Below the pieces are notes generated by a model. It was given only the letters and a program-made list of their open reading frames with translations, had not been told where the DNA came from and did no database searches. 64,000 nt of DNA from Candidatus Fervidifonticultor sextus (GTDB lineage: Bacteria > Sysuimicrobiota > Sysuimicrobiia > Sysuimicrobiales > Humicultoraceae): assembly GCA_031459875.1 (NCBI GenBank), contig JAVKHQ010000007.1, positions 34,842 to 98,841 on the forward strand, in the 5' to 3' direction. Positions 48,131-58,237 of this stretch are shown here, piece by piece (the first letter of the stretch is position 1; each line of letters begins with the position of its first letter). Position numbers and translations under genes: made by a program.

Positions 48131-48191
48131 ACAGCACCCCGGGGTCAGGGGTGGGGCGGAGACCTCACCCCCGACCCTGCCCCGAGTCGCC

Positions 48192-49208
48192 GTGCGGCGG
48201 CCCGCCACCGCGACCCCCCTCTGGCGCGACGCCCGTGTGCTGGGCGTTACGGCCCAGATCCTGTTCGTCGTGCTCCTGGTCGCCGGGACCTGGGGCGCGA
48301 AGGCGGCCGTCGAGCGCAGCATGCTCCGGCAGAACATCCGCCTCGATTGGGGCTTCTTCAGGCATTCCGCCGGCTTCGATCTCACGGCCCTCACCTGGAC
48401 GATTGATCTGAACAGACTCAGCCTCAAGCGCTACAGTCCTGAAGATTCCTACGCGGAGGCCATGATCGCCGGCCTGTTCAACACCATCAAGGTCGCGATC
48501 CTGGGGATCGTGCTGGCACTCGGGCTGGGCCTGATGGTGGGCGTGGCCCGCCTATCGCGCAACTGGCTGGTCAACCGGCTGGCGCTGGGCTACGTCGAGG
48601 TCCTGCGCAACACGCCGCTGTTGGTACAGCTCTTCTTCTGGTATTTCGGCGTCTTCCTCCAACTGCCGACCGGCGCCGCCACCAGTCCACCGATCACCTT
48701 CTTGGGCGGGTTCGTCGTGCTCACCAACCGCGGGCTCGCCGTCGGCGGGGTCCTGACCGAACGCTTCGGCCGCCAGATGGTCGACGGCGGGTTCCAGATG
48801 ACCAGCGAGTTCTCGGCGCTGGTGGTCGGACTGGCCGTCTACACATCGGCCTTCATCGCCGAGATCGTCCGCGGCGGCATCCTGGCCATCCCCCGGGGTC
48901 AGATGGAGGCCGCCCGCAGCCTGGGGCTGAACTACCGCCAGGCCCTGCGATGGGTGGTCCTGCCCCAGGCCCTGCGGATCATCATTCCCCCGCTGGGCAA
49001 CCAGTTCCTGAACCTGACGAAGAACAGCAGCCTGGCCATCGGCGTGGGCTTCGCCGACATGTTGACCTCGGCCATGACGGTGGCGAGCCAGTCGTTCCGG
49101 GCGCTGGAGACCTTCACGTTCGTCACCCTGGCCTACCTAGCCCTCTCGCTGACGATCTCGGCCGTGCTGAACCTGGTGCGGGCCCGGCTGGCTCTGCCCG
49201 GCGGATAG
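48192..49208 (+). CDS. Amino acid ABC permease (AapQ-like)
   Basis: RNTPLLVQLFFWY, AFIAEIVRGGI, NLTKNSSL. Confidence 0.93.
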   Translation: MRRPATATPLWRDARVLGVTAQILFVVLLVAGTWGAKAAVERSMLRQNIRLDWGFFRHSAGFDLTALTWTIDLNRLSLKRYSPEDSYAEAMIAGLFNTIKVAILGIVLALGLGLMVGVARLSRNWLVNRLALGYVEVLRNTPLLVQLFFWYFGVFLQLPTGAATSPPITFLGGFVVLTNRGLAVGGVLTERFGRQMVDGGFQMTSEFSALVVGLAVYTSAFIAEIVRGGILAIPRGQMEAARSLGLNYRQALRWVVLPQALRIIIPPLGNQFLNLTKNSSLAIGVGFADMLTSAMTVASQSFRALETFTFVTLAYLALSLTISAVLNLVRARLALPGG

Positions 49209-50225
49209 ATGTCCTCACCCGCGGTGCTGCTGGCACCCCCCGAACGGCGATCCGCACCGCTGGAGTGGCTGCGCCGCAATCTCTTCGACGGGTGGCTGAA
49301 CACCGTCCTCACCGTCCTGGTGGCGGCATGCCTCCTCTGGACGGCCTGCCTGATCGGGCGGTGGGCGGCAGGCGCGCACTGGGATGTGGTGACCCGCAAC
49401 CTGCGCCTCTGGGCGGTCGGCCTGCTGCCGCTGGCCCACGTGTGGCGGGCGTGGTGGGCCGGGGGGCTGGTGGCGACGGCAGCCCTGCTGACGGTGATCG
49501 GCGTTCGCGCTCGGGTGCAGCCCCGGGCGCTGGTCGGCCTCTGGGTCGGTACGGTCGTCGCGGTGGTCTGGCTCTTCTCGCCGATGCGACTCGACCAGGT
49601 CGGCGGGCTGTACCTGACGCTGTTGCTGGCGGTCGTCTCCATCGGCGCGTCGTTCCCCGTCGGCGTGCTGGTGGGCATCGGCCGCACCAGCCGGCTGCCG
49701 GTGGTGCGGCTGTTCTGCACGGCCTACATTGAGGGCATCCGCGGCATCCCCCTGATCACCGTCCTCCTGTGGTTCTCGATCTTCGTCAGCCTGCTCTCGG
49801 GGGAAGCCATGCCGCGCGTGGCGCGGGCGATGATCGGCATGACGGTCTTCGCCTCGGCCTACGTGGGGGAGATCATGCGCGCGGGCATCCAGTCGGTCCC
49901 GCGCGGTCACGTGGAGGCCGCCAGGGCGCTGGGGCTGTCGGGCTGGCAGACGATGCTGTTCATCGTGCTCCCGCAGGCCTTCAAGAACATGATCCCGGCC
50001 CTGGTGGGGCAGTTCATCAGCCTGTTCAAGGACACCTCGCTGACCGTCATCATCGGGCTCTCGGACCTGCTGGGGGTGGGCCGGTCGCTGCTGGCGCTGA
50101 CCGAGTACCTGCACGACGTGCGGGAGGTGTACGTCTTCGCGCTGGTTGTCTATTTCGTGTTTTCCTATACGATGTCGTATGGGAGCCGGGTGCTCGAGGG
50201 AAAGCTCGGCCTGGGAGAGCGGTAG
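49209..50225 (+). CDS. Amino acid ABC permease (AapM-like)
   Basis: [24 protein letters not shown]. Confidence 0.93.
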   Translation: MSSPAVLLAPPERRSAPLEWLRRNLFDGWLNTVLTVLVAACLLWTACLIGRWAAGAHWDVVTRNLRLWAVGLLPLAHVWRAWWAGGLVATAALLTVIGVRARVQPRALVGLWVGTVVAVVWLFSPMRLDQVGGLYLTLLLAVVSIGASFPVGVLVGIGRTSRLPVVRLFCTAYIEGIRGIPLITVLLWFSIFVSLLSGEAMPRVARAMIGMTVFASAYVGEIMRAGIQSVPRGHVEAARALGLSGWQTMLFIVLPQAFKNMIPALVGQFISLFKDTSLTVIIGLSDLLGVGRSLLALTEYLHDVREVYVFALVVYFVFSYTMSYGSRVLEGKLGLGER

Positions 50226-50227
50226 CC

Positions 50228-50989
<762 letters not shown>

Positions 50990-50992
50990 CGC

Positions 50993-51883
50993 ATGATCAT
51001 CGACGCCCACGTGCACCTGATGACCGCCGGGATGTTCCGACGCCAGCAGCAGCGCGCCGCTGCCAGCCGGCAGGCCGCGCGCGAGCGGGCCCGCGTCCGG
51101 GGCATGACCTTCCAGGAGCGCATCGTGCAACTGGAGGCCGTGCCGCTGGCCGAGCAGGCCAGGATGTGGCTGGAAGGCTTCGACCGGGCGGGCGTCCACG
51201 CCGGCGTCTTCATCGCGATGGGGGAGGTCAACGATGAGCTGGCGGACTTCTGCCGGTTCGACCCCCACCGCCTCTACGGGTGCGGGTCGCTACTGGACCC
51301 CACCCATCCCGACGCGGCGCGGGAGGTCCGCCGTTTCCCGCAGTTAGGTCTGCGGGCGCTGAAACTCTACGCGCCGGCCTACCGCCACCACCTCAACGAC
51401 CGCCTGTTCTACCCGGTCTACGAGGCTGCCGCCGAGTGCGGCCTGCCCATCATCGTGCACTTCGGGATCACGGTGGGGACCTTCTACGATCTGACCTACG
51501 CGAACCCGCTGGCGCTGTCGGCGCCGGGCCGGGACTTCCCGGAGATCACGTTCGTCGTCGCCCACTTCGGCGCCGGGTTCCTCCGCGAGACGATGTTCCT
51601 GGCATACCACACCGAGAACATCTGCGTGGACACCTCGGGCACGAACAACTGGCGCCTCTACGTGCCGGGCGAACCCTCGCTGGAGCAGGTTTTCCAGGAT
51701 GCGCTGCGCGCGTTTGGCCCTCAGCGGATCCTGTTCGGCACCGACTCCACGTGGTTTTCGGGGTACCGGCAGCCGATCGTGGAGGAACAGGCGGCCGTCT
51801 TGAACCGGCTCGCCCTCTCCGATGCCGACCGGGACCTGATCCTGGCCGGCAACGCCCGCCGCGTCTTCGGGATCAGGGACTGA
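50993..51883 (+). CDS. Amidohydrolase_2 family protein
   Basis: IDAHVH, VHFG, AHFG, FGTDS, GNARR. Confidence 0.9.
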   Translation: MIIDAHVHLMTAGMFRRQQQRAAASRQAARERARVRGMTFQERIVQLEAVPLAEQARMWLEGFDRAGVHAGVFIAMGEVNDELADFCRFDPHRLYGCGSLLDPTHPDAAREVRRFPQLGLRALKLYAPAYRHHLNDRLFYPVYEAAAECGLPIIVHFGITVGTFYDLTYANPLALSAPGRDFPEITFVVAHFGAGFLRETMFLAYHTENICVDTSGTNNWRLYVPGEPSLEQVFQDALRAFGPQRILFGTDSTWFSGYRQPIVEEQAAVLNRLALSDADRDLILAGNARRVFGIRD

Positions 51884-52258
51884 TCAGCGGGCCGGCCGAT
51901 ACCGAACGCCCTCCACGCCGTCGAAATCGGCATCCTGGGTCCAGAGTACGGCGCTGTACGCTCGGGCTGTCGCCAGCATGACGCTGTCGGCCATCGGGAG
52001 CGCCGACTCGAGTGAGATCCTGGCGGCGCTCAACGCAATGAGGGCCGTGAGGTCGACAACCGTCCCCCGCTGCATGACCGCCACAGCACGGAGCGCCCGG
52101 GTCTCATCGCGTTGCTGGAAGACCCGTTTGAAAACCTCGTAGAGGCTGATCGTGGGGACGATGAGTTCCGAAGGCTTCCGGATCGCCGGCGCAAAGAAAT
52201 CGGCGTTGGGACCGTCGGCGAAGTACTCCAGCCAACCCGACGAGTCCACGACGTTCAC
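51884..52258 (-). CDS. vapC: VapC/PIN toxin
   Basis: VVDSSGWLEYF, LYEV, MADS, WTQDADF. Confidence 0.92.
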   Translation of the reverse strand: MNVVDSSGWLEYFADGPNADFFAPAIRKPSELIVPTISLYEVFKRVFQQRDETRALRAVAVMQRGTVVDLTALIALSAARISLESALPMADSVMLATARAYSAVLWTQDADFDGVEGVRYRPAR

Positions 52259-52461
52259 AGACGGTCGGGCTCCCGCTCCACCGACGTGTCGATACCCTTG
52301 AGGAACCCGCGCGCCCGCGTGATCGGCTCCAGGGGGATCAGTTCGATGCGGCCCTCGTAGGGGATGACTTGGACTTTCTGGCCTGGCCGGAGCCCCAGCG
52401 ATCGTCGAACGCGGAGGGGAATGACCACTTGGTACTTGGGCGAGATGGTGGATGTTTCCAT
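52255..52461 (-). CDS. AbrB/MazE-family antitoxin
   Basis: TISPKYQVVIP..VRRSLGLRPGQ; GTAA-tacg-TTAC palindrome upstream. Confidence 0.92.
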   Translation of the reverse strand: METSTISPKYQVVIPLRVRRSLGLRPGQKVQVIPYEGRIELIPLEPITRARGFLKGIDTSVEREPDRL

Positions 52462-52662
52462 ACGGCTCTCCTATCGAACAATAAATCGTAATACGTTACT
52501 CTATCACTATTTGGCCCCACGGTCAACCGCGGCGCCACACCGCGCTTCAAGCGCGCCTGGGACGGGCATATCACGGGGCGAACGTGCTCACGCCAGAAGG
52601 CGCGTGGGGCCCCAATTGCAGGATTCCCCACGAGGACGCAAAACTACGCCTGTGACCACGCC

Positions 52663-53802
52663 ATGGCCATTGCGGGCTCGACCGGGACGCGGCCTCGCAG
52701 CGGGCCGAAGCTCTACCACCTGGCCGATGTGCGGCTGGGCGGGGCCTTCCCGTTCCTGGGAGCAGCCGGCGGGGCGCATCGCGGCCAGGTGCGCGAGACG
52801 TTTGTCCGCGCCATCGACCAGGCCCTGGAGCTTGGGCCCGCGCTGGTCCTGATCACCGGCAACCTCTTCGGCACCCCCTTCCCTTCCCGGGATCTGGCCG
52901 AGTTCGCCCGCGGGCAGATCGCCCGCCTGGCGCAGGCCGGCATCTCCACGTGCGTGGCGGCCGGCGCCCTCGACGCGATCTACGAGCGGCACTACGCCGC
53001 GGGCGCGCTGGCCGACCAGGACGGGGTGACCGTCTTTCCGCCCACGCCCAAGGCCGTTGACCTGCCGGGCCTGGACCTCAGGGTGGTGGGCGCGTCCTGG
53101 GGGTCGGCGCCGGTCCAGGCGGATTTCCTCTCCGCCATCGCCTCCCAGCGGACGCACCGCCACCTGGTCGGCGCGTGCTACCTCCAGTGGCCCGAAGCCG
53201 AGGACGGCCTGCGGGCGCTTCGCCGGCAGATCGCGGCCTCCGGCGCCACCTACCTGGCCCTGGGCGGATCCGCGGTGCGGCGCAACGTCTCCACGGAGAA
53301 GGTGGCCGCCTGGTGTCCGGGCGCCCCGGAGATGGTGGTCCCCGAGGAGGGCGAGGGGTCACCGCTGCTGGTGACGCTGGGGGACGAGCCGGAGGTCACG
53401 CCGAAGCCCGTGGCACGGCGCCGGTTCGCCAGGTTCACCCTGCAGCCGATGGCCTACGCGACGACGGAGGACCTCGCCAGCGCCATCCGCGCCCTGGGTG
53501 ATCCCCATCTGGCCGCCACCGTGCGTCTCGCCGGGACGTCCCGGATCAACCAGTTCATTGACGTCGCGGAGCTGCGCGAGCGACTGGTCCACGAGTTCCT
53601 GGCCCTCGACATCGTAGACGAGTCGCGTCCCAACCTGGAAGACCTCAACGCGACGGTCTACCCGGAACTCTCGGTGGCCGGCAGATTCCTGGCGGTCGCG
53701 CGGGCCGAGATGGAGCGTGCCGGGTCGGAGGAGGCCCGCCGCAGGATCGGGGCGGCGCTGCGGTTGGGCCTCGCTCTGCTGGAAGGGCGGAGGCCGACGT
53801 GA
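52663..53802 (+). CDS. SbcD/Mre11/YhaO-like metallophosphoesterase-fold protein, metal ligands lost
   Basis: Motif frames kept but altered: HLADVRLG, ITGNLF, AGALD, GACYL, YLALGGSA, PGAPE. Confidence 0.8.
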   Translation: MAIAGSTGTRPRSGPKLYHLADVRLGGAFPFLGAAGGAHRGQVRETFVRAIDQALELGPALVLITGNLFGTPFPSRDLAEFARGQIARLAQAGISTCVAAGALDAIYERHYAAGALADQDGVTVFPPTPKAVDLPGLDLRVVGASWGSAPVQADFLSAIASQRTHRHLVGACYLQWPEAEDGLRALRRQIAASGATYLALGGSAVRRNVSTEKVAAWCPGAPEMVVPEEGEGSPLLVTLGDEPEVTPKPVARRRFARFTLQPMAYATTEDLASAIRALGDPHLAATVRLAGTSRINQFIDVAELRERLVHEFLALDIVDESRPNLEDLNATVYPELSVAGRFLAVARAEMERAGSEEARRRIGAALRLGLALLEGRRPT

Positions 53803-55943
53803 CCATCACCCAGCTCCGGCTGCGCCGGTTCAAGAAGTTCGCCGACTGGTCGGCCGCCTTCGCGCCCGGCCTCACGGTGATCCGCGGCCCCAACGAGGCC
53901 GGGAAGACGACGCTCATGGAGGCTCTGTTCGAAGGGCTGTTCAGGGACCCGGGCCGCGGCGAGGCCACCGCCCGGTTGAGGTCGTGGGGGGAGCAGCGGC
54001 TGGGCGAGATCACCATCGACCTCCAGGTGCGGGGGGTGCGCTACCTGCTGCGCAAGGACCTGGAGGCGGGCACGATCCTCCTGCAGAGCGAAGACGGGCG
54101 CGACCGGCTGGAGAATCCCCGCGACGTGCAGCGCCGCCTCCTGGAATGGATCGGACTGGCCAGCGAGGCCGCCTACCGCTCCACCGCCTTCGTGGCGCAA
54201 GGGGACATCGCCCGCGTGAGCGAGGACCGCCGCCTGCTCTCCACCCACCTCTCGCGCATCCTCAGCGGAGCCGGGGTGGAGACCGTCCAGCAGGCCCTGC
54301 AGTGGCTGGCCGACCAGCGCGCACGGCTGACCGCCCCTCCGCCGGGCGGGCGGACCCTGGCCGAGCGGATCGCCGACCTGCGGGCCCAGCAGACGGTCCT
54401 GCGGCAGCGTGATGAGCGCATGCAGCGCCACCGCATCGAGCTGCGCGAGGTCACCCGACGCCTGGAAGAGGTCGAGCGGGAAGCGGCCGAGCGGACCGAA
54501 CTGGTGCGCGTCGCCAAATGGGCGGCCGATCTCCAGCGCCGCGAACAGGCCCTGATCGAGGAGGAGGCCGCCACCCGGGACTACCTGGTGCGCGCCGAGT
54601 CCCTGCTGGCGCGCCTGGCCGCGCTGGATGCCGACCTGGCTGAATTCTCCACGCAGCAGGAAGCGCTGATCGCCGAGTTGTTCCACGCCCGCCGCCAGTA
54701 CCTTCAGCTCGAGTCCAACCTGCAGGCTGCCGGGCAGCAGGCCGAGCGCGAAGAGCGCACGCTGGAGCACCTGGCCACACGCCACCACAATGCGATGCGC
54801 CTGGGCAGCCTGGGGTGGACGCTGGCGGGCAGCGGACTGATCGGGGTCGTCGGCGGCGGCCTCATCGTGGCGCTCATCAACTTCCACTGGATCGGATGGG
54901 CGCTGCTCGGCATCGGCGCCGGCGTCCTGCTGATCGGGATGCGCTACCGCGGCCGGATCAGCGAGGCCGGGGCCGACTACCGCAACCAGGAGCAGCGCGT
55001 GCTCGACCTGCGGCGCCGCATCGAGGTCATGCAGCGCCAGCTTGCCGAAGCGCAGGAGATGGTCTCGACCCGGCTGCAGGCGGTGGGCGGCGCCAGCCTG
55101 GAGGATGTGGAGCGCCGCTTCTCCCGGTACATGGACCTCCTGCGCGAGCGCGAGGAGGTCCGCGCCTCCCTGCGCCAGATCCGGGGCGCCGACCCCAGAG
55201 CCGCCCTGGAGACCCGGCTCAGGGAGATCGCCGAGGAACTGGCCAGCGTCCGCGCGACCATGGACACGTTGCCCAAGGCCGCCCGGAAGGGGCCGGTAGC
55301 CGCGGCCGAACAGCTGGAGCAGCAGGCCCGGGCGCTGGCCGCCGAACTCCAGGGCCTGCGCGAGCGGCGGGCCCGGCTGGAGGGCGTGCTGGACGAACTC
55401 CGGGACCGCGGCGATGAGGGCGCGCGGCTGGAGGAGGAGATCGCCAGCCTCCAGTCCCGGATGTCGCGCGAGCGGCAGGCCCTGGAGGTCGTGGAGTTGA
55501 CGATGCGGCTGCTGGAGGAGGCGCGGACGCTGTCGGTCTACCCGGCGCGCGAACTGCTCGAACGGCGGGCCGGGGAGTACCTGGCCATGGCCACGGACAG
55601 AGCGTACGGCCGGGTGGCCGTGGACGAACGCGCCCTGCGGCCGCAGGTCTGGGTCCCGTCGGCCGGGGCGTGGAAGGACGCCTCGGAGTTGAGCCAGGCG
55701 ACCAGCGACCTGCTCTACCTCTGCCTGCGGCTGGCCCTGCTGGACGTCATCACGGCGGAGCGCCGGCCCCCCCTCTTCCTCGACGAACCCTTCGCCCACC
55801 TGGACGACCAGCGTCGCCGGGCCGTCCTCCCGCTGCTGGCCATCGCCGCCAGGGAGCGCCAGGTGGTGCTCTTCACCTGCTGGCCGGACTACGACCAGGT
55901 GGCAGAGAAAGTCGTCGTCTTGGACCGCGCCGCCGTCCCGTGA
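53799..55943 (+). CDS. SbcC/Rad50/YhaN-like coiled-coil ATPase with central TM hairpin
   Basis: GPNEAGKTT, FVAQG, LSQATSDLLYL, FLDEPF, FTC; long coiled coils; two hydrophobic helices mid-protein. Confidence 0.9.
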   Translation: MTITQLRLRRFKKFADWSAAFAPGLTVIRGPNEAGKTTLMEALFEGLFRDPGRGEATARLRSWGEQRLGEITIDLQVRGVRYLLRKDLEAGTILLQSEDGRDRLENPRDVQRRLLEWIGLASEAAYRSTAFVAQGDIARVSEDRRLLSTHLSRILSGAGVETVQQALQWLADQRARLTAPPPGGRTLAERIADLRAQQTVLRQRDERMQRHRIELREVTRRLEEVEREAAERTELVRVAKWAADLQRREQALIEEEAATRDYLVRAESLLARLAALDADLAEFSTQQEALIAELFHARRQYLQLESNLQAAGQQAEREERTLEHLATRHHNAMRLGSLGWTLAGSGLIGVVGGGLIVALINFHWIGWALLGIGAGVLLIGMRYRGRISEAGADYRNQEQRVLDLRRRIEVMQRQLAEAQEMVSTRLQAVGGASLEDVERRFSRYMDLLREREEVRASLRQIRGADPRAALETRLREIAEELASVRATMDTLPKAARKGPVAAAEQLEQQARALAAELQGLRERRARLEGVLDELRDRGDEGARLEEEIASLQSRMSRERQALEVVELTMRLLEEARTLSVYPARELLERRAGEYLAMATDRAYGRVAVDERALRPQVWVPSAGAWKDASELSQATSDLLYLCLRLALLDVITAERRPPLFLDEPFAHLDDQRRRAVLPLLAIAARERQVVLFTCWPDYDQVAEKVVVLDRAAVP

Positions 55944-55964
55944 AGATCACACGGGTGCTGGCAG

Positions 55965-56066
55965 GTGGCCGGGGCCCTCGTCGCCGTCCTGCCGCTATTC
56001 GCGGCCTTCTTCCTGTTCCAGCGTCAGTTCATCCAGGGGATCGCGCTGGCGGGGATGAAACAGTAG
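55965..56066 (+). pseudogene. Carbohydrate ABC permease (MalG-type) C-terminal relic
   Basis: AGALVAVLPLFAAFFLFQRQFIQGIALAGMKQ*. Confidence 0.75.
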
Positions 56067-56069
56067 CCG

Positions 56070-57110
56070 GTGCACACGCGGGTCTACCGGAAGGCCGACG
56101 GCCGGTGCCTGCTGCTGTACGGCACCGCGCCGCATACCCTCGCGCCGCTACCCGAAGGCGCCCCAGCCCCGGTCGCGCAGCCTCACCTCCGCTGGCATCC
56201 GCTACGCGGCGAGTGGGTAATCCACGCCGCCCACCGGCAGGAGCGCACGTTCCTGCCGCCTGCCGAGTTCTGTCCGCTCTGCCCGAGCCGCCCGGGCGGC
56301 GAGCCCACCGAGATCCCCTTCGAGGACTTCGAGGTGGCGGTGTTCGAGAACCGGTTCCCGGCCCTCGTCCCAGGCCCGCCGGCACCGCCGGCGCTGGCGG
56401 TCGAGACCGCACCGGCTGGGGGCGCCTGCGAGGTCGTCGTCTACGCGGCCGCCCACACCGGGAGCCTGGCCACGCTGCCGCAGGAGCGCCGCGACCTGCT
56501 ACTGCGGGTATGGGCCGACCGCTACCGGGACCTGTATGGGCGGGAGTCCATCCGGTCCGTCATGCCGTTTGAGAACCGGGGCGAGGTCGTGGGCGTCACG
56601 CTCCACCACCCCCACGGACAGATCTACGCGTACCCCTTCGTGCCGCCCGTGCTGCAGCAAGAGGCCGCGGCGTTCCGGTGGCGACCTGTGCTGGAAGATC
56701 TGCTCGCCCGCGCGGGGGACACCTATGTCGTCGAAGAAAACAGCGCCGCGGTGGCGCTGGCGCCCCCCTGTGCCCGGTTTCCCTATGAGGTGTGGGTCGT
56801 GCCGCGACGCCGCCATGCGGGCCCCTGGACGTTCGACGATGCGGAGGTGGCCGGCTTCGCAGCGGTCCTGGGCCGCGTCGTGGCGCGCTATGATGCCCTG
56901 TTTGCGAAACCCTTCCCGTATATCATGGTGCTGCACGCCGCCCCCAGGGGCGAAGAGCAGCACTTCCACTTCCACGCGGAGTTCTACCCGCTGCTGCGGG
57001 CTCCGGGCCGCCTGAAGTACCTGGCCGGCACCGAACTGGGCGCCGGCGCGTTCACCGTGGACGTCCTGCCCGAGGAGGCGGCGGCGGCGCTGCGGCAGGT
57101 CACATTGTGA
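56070..57110 (+). CDS. galT: Galactose-1-phosphate uridylyltransferase
   Basis: CPLCP, FENRFP, FENRG, HPHGQ catalytic motif. Confidence 0.95.
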   Translation: MHTRVYRKADGRCLLLYGTAPHTLAPLPEGAPAPVAQPHLRWHPLRGEWVIHAAHRQERTFLPPAEFCPLCPSRPGGEPTEIPFEDFEVAVFENRFPALVPGPPAPPALAVETAPAGGACEVVVYAAAHTGSLATLPQERRDLLLRVWADRYRDLYGRESIRSVMPFENRGEVVGVTLHHPHGQIYAYPFVPPVLQQEAAAFRWRPVLEDLLARAGDTYVVEENSAAVALAPPCARFPYEVWVVPRRRHAGPWTFDDAEVAGFAAVLGRVVARYDALFAKPFPYIMVLHAAPRGEEQHFHFHAEFYPLLRAPGRLKYLAGTELGAGAFTVDVLPEEAAAALRQVTL

Positions 57111-58198
57111 AGGAGATCAGGCCCACCACGGATGGCCTGGACGCCCGCCTGACCTTCAGGCAGGTCTTCAACACCGACCCGGAGACGGATGCGGCCGCCC
57201 CCGGCCGAGTGAATCTGCTGGGCGAGCACACCGACTACAATGACGGCTACGTCCTTCCCACAGTGCTCCCCTACCAGACCCGGGTCCTGGCGGCGCGGGC
57301 AGCTGAGATGGTCGAGGCATACGCAGAGGGGTTTGGAGAGGTGCTGCGGCGGGCTGCGGGCGAGGGACGCCAGGGCAACTGGCTGGATTACGTCGCTGGC
57401 TGCCTGTGGGTGCTCGCACAGGAAGGACTCGGAGTCGCCGGCGCCAGGCTCTATCTCGACCGTGGGGTCCCCGTCGGCGCCGGACTGGCCAGTTCGGCTG
57501 CGCTCGAAGTCGGCGTATTGCGGGCGCTGCGGGCGCTGTACAGCCTTCCTCTCGACGACCTGCGTCTGGCGCTGATCGCCCATCGGGCGGAGGTCGAGTA
57601 CGTGGGCGTCCGATGCGGCGTCATGGATCAGATCGCGGCGTCCCTGGGCCGGCTGGGCCAGGCGCTGTTCCTCGACACCCGTACGCTCCGGTGGGAGGCC
57701 ATCCCCATTCCCCATGGATGCCGGTTTGTCGTGGTGGACTCAGGCATCCCGCGCCGGCTGGCCGAGGCCGGGTACAACCGGCGGCGGGCCGAGTGCGAGG
57801 AGGCGGCGGCGCGGCTGGGCGTCCGGGCGCTGCGCGATGTGGCGCCTGGGGCGCTGGATCGGGTCGCGTCGCTTCCCGACCCGTTGAACCGGCGCGCCCG
57901 CCATGTGGTCACCGAGAACGCGCGCGTGCTGGAAGGTGTCGAGGCGCTCAGACGAGGCGATGCGGAAGCCTTCGGCCGGCTGATGCTGGCCTCGCACCGG
58001 TCGCTGCGCGACGATTACGAGGTCTCGACGCAGGAACTCGACCGGCTGGTGCAGCTGGCGGTGGAGCACGGGGCGCTGGGGGCCCGGCTCACCGGCGCGG
58101 GGTTCGGCGGGTGTATCGTGGCGCTGGTGCCGGCAGATCGGTACGCGGGGTTCGGTGAGGGGGTCCGGGCTGGCTATGAGGGGGCGATGCTCTATTGA
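57107..58198 (+). CDS. galK: Galactokinase
   Basis: APGRVNLLGEHTDYN, GAGLASSAA, CGVMDQ, GARLTGAGFGG. Confidence 0.96.
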   Translation: MKEIRPTTDGLDARLTFRQVFNTDPETDAAAPGRVNLLGEHTDYNDGYVLPTVLPYQTRVLAARAAEMVEAYAEGFGEVLRRAAGEGRQGNWLDYVAGCLWVLAQEGLGVAGARLYLDRGVPVGAGLASSAALEVGVLRALRALYSLPLDDLRLALIAHRAEVEYVGVRCGVMDQIAASLGRLGQALFLDTRTLRWEAIPIPHGCRFVVVDSGIPRRLAEAGYNRRRAECEEAAARLGVRALRDVAPGALDRVASLPDPLNRRARHVVTENARVLEGVEALRRGDAEAFGRLMLASHRSLRDDYEVSTQELDRLVQLAVEHGALGARLTGAGFGGCIVALVPADRYAGFGEGVRAGYEGAMLY

Positions 58199-58237
58199 GG
58201 CGACCCGCAGACAGGACGCCCGCAGGTCCCCCTGGAG

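Noticed and set aside
48141..48180. Hairpin after the amino-acid binding-protein gene as a novel RNA
   Set aside because: Typical intercistronic stabilising stem of ABC operons.
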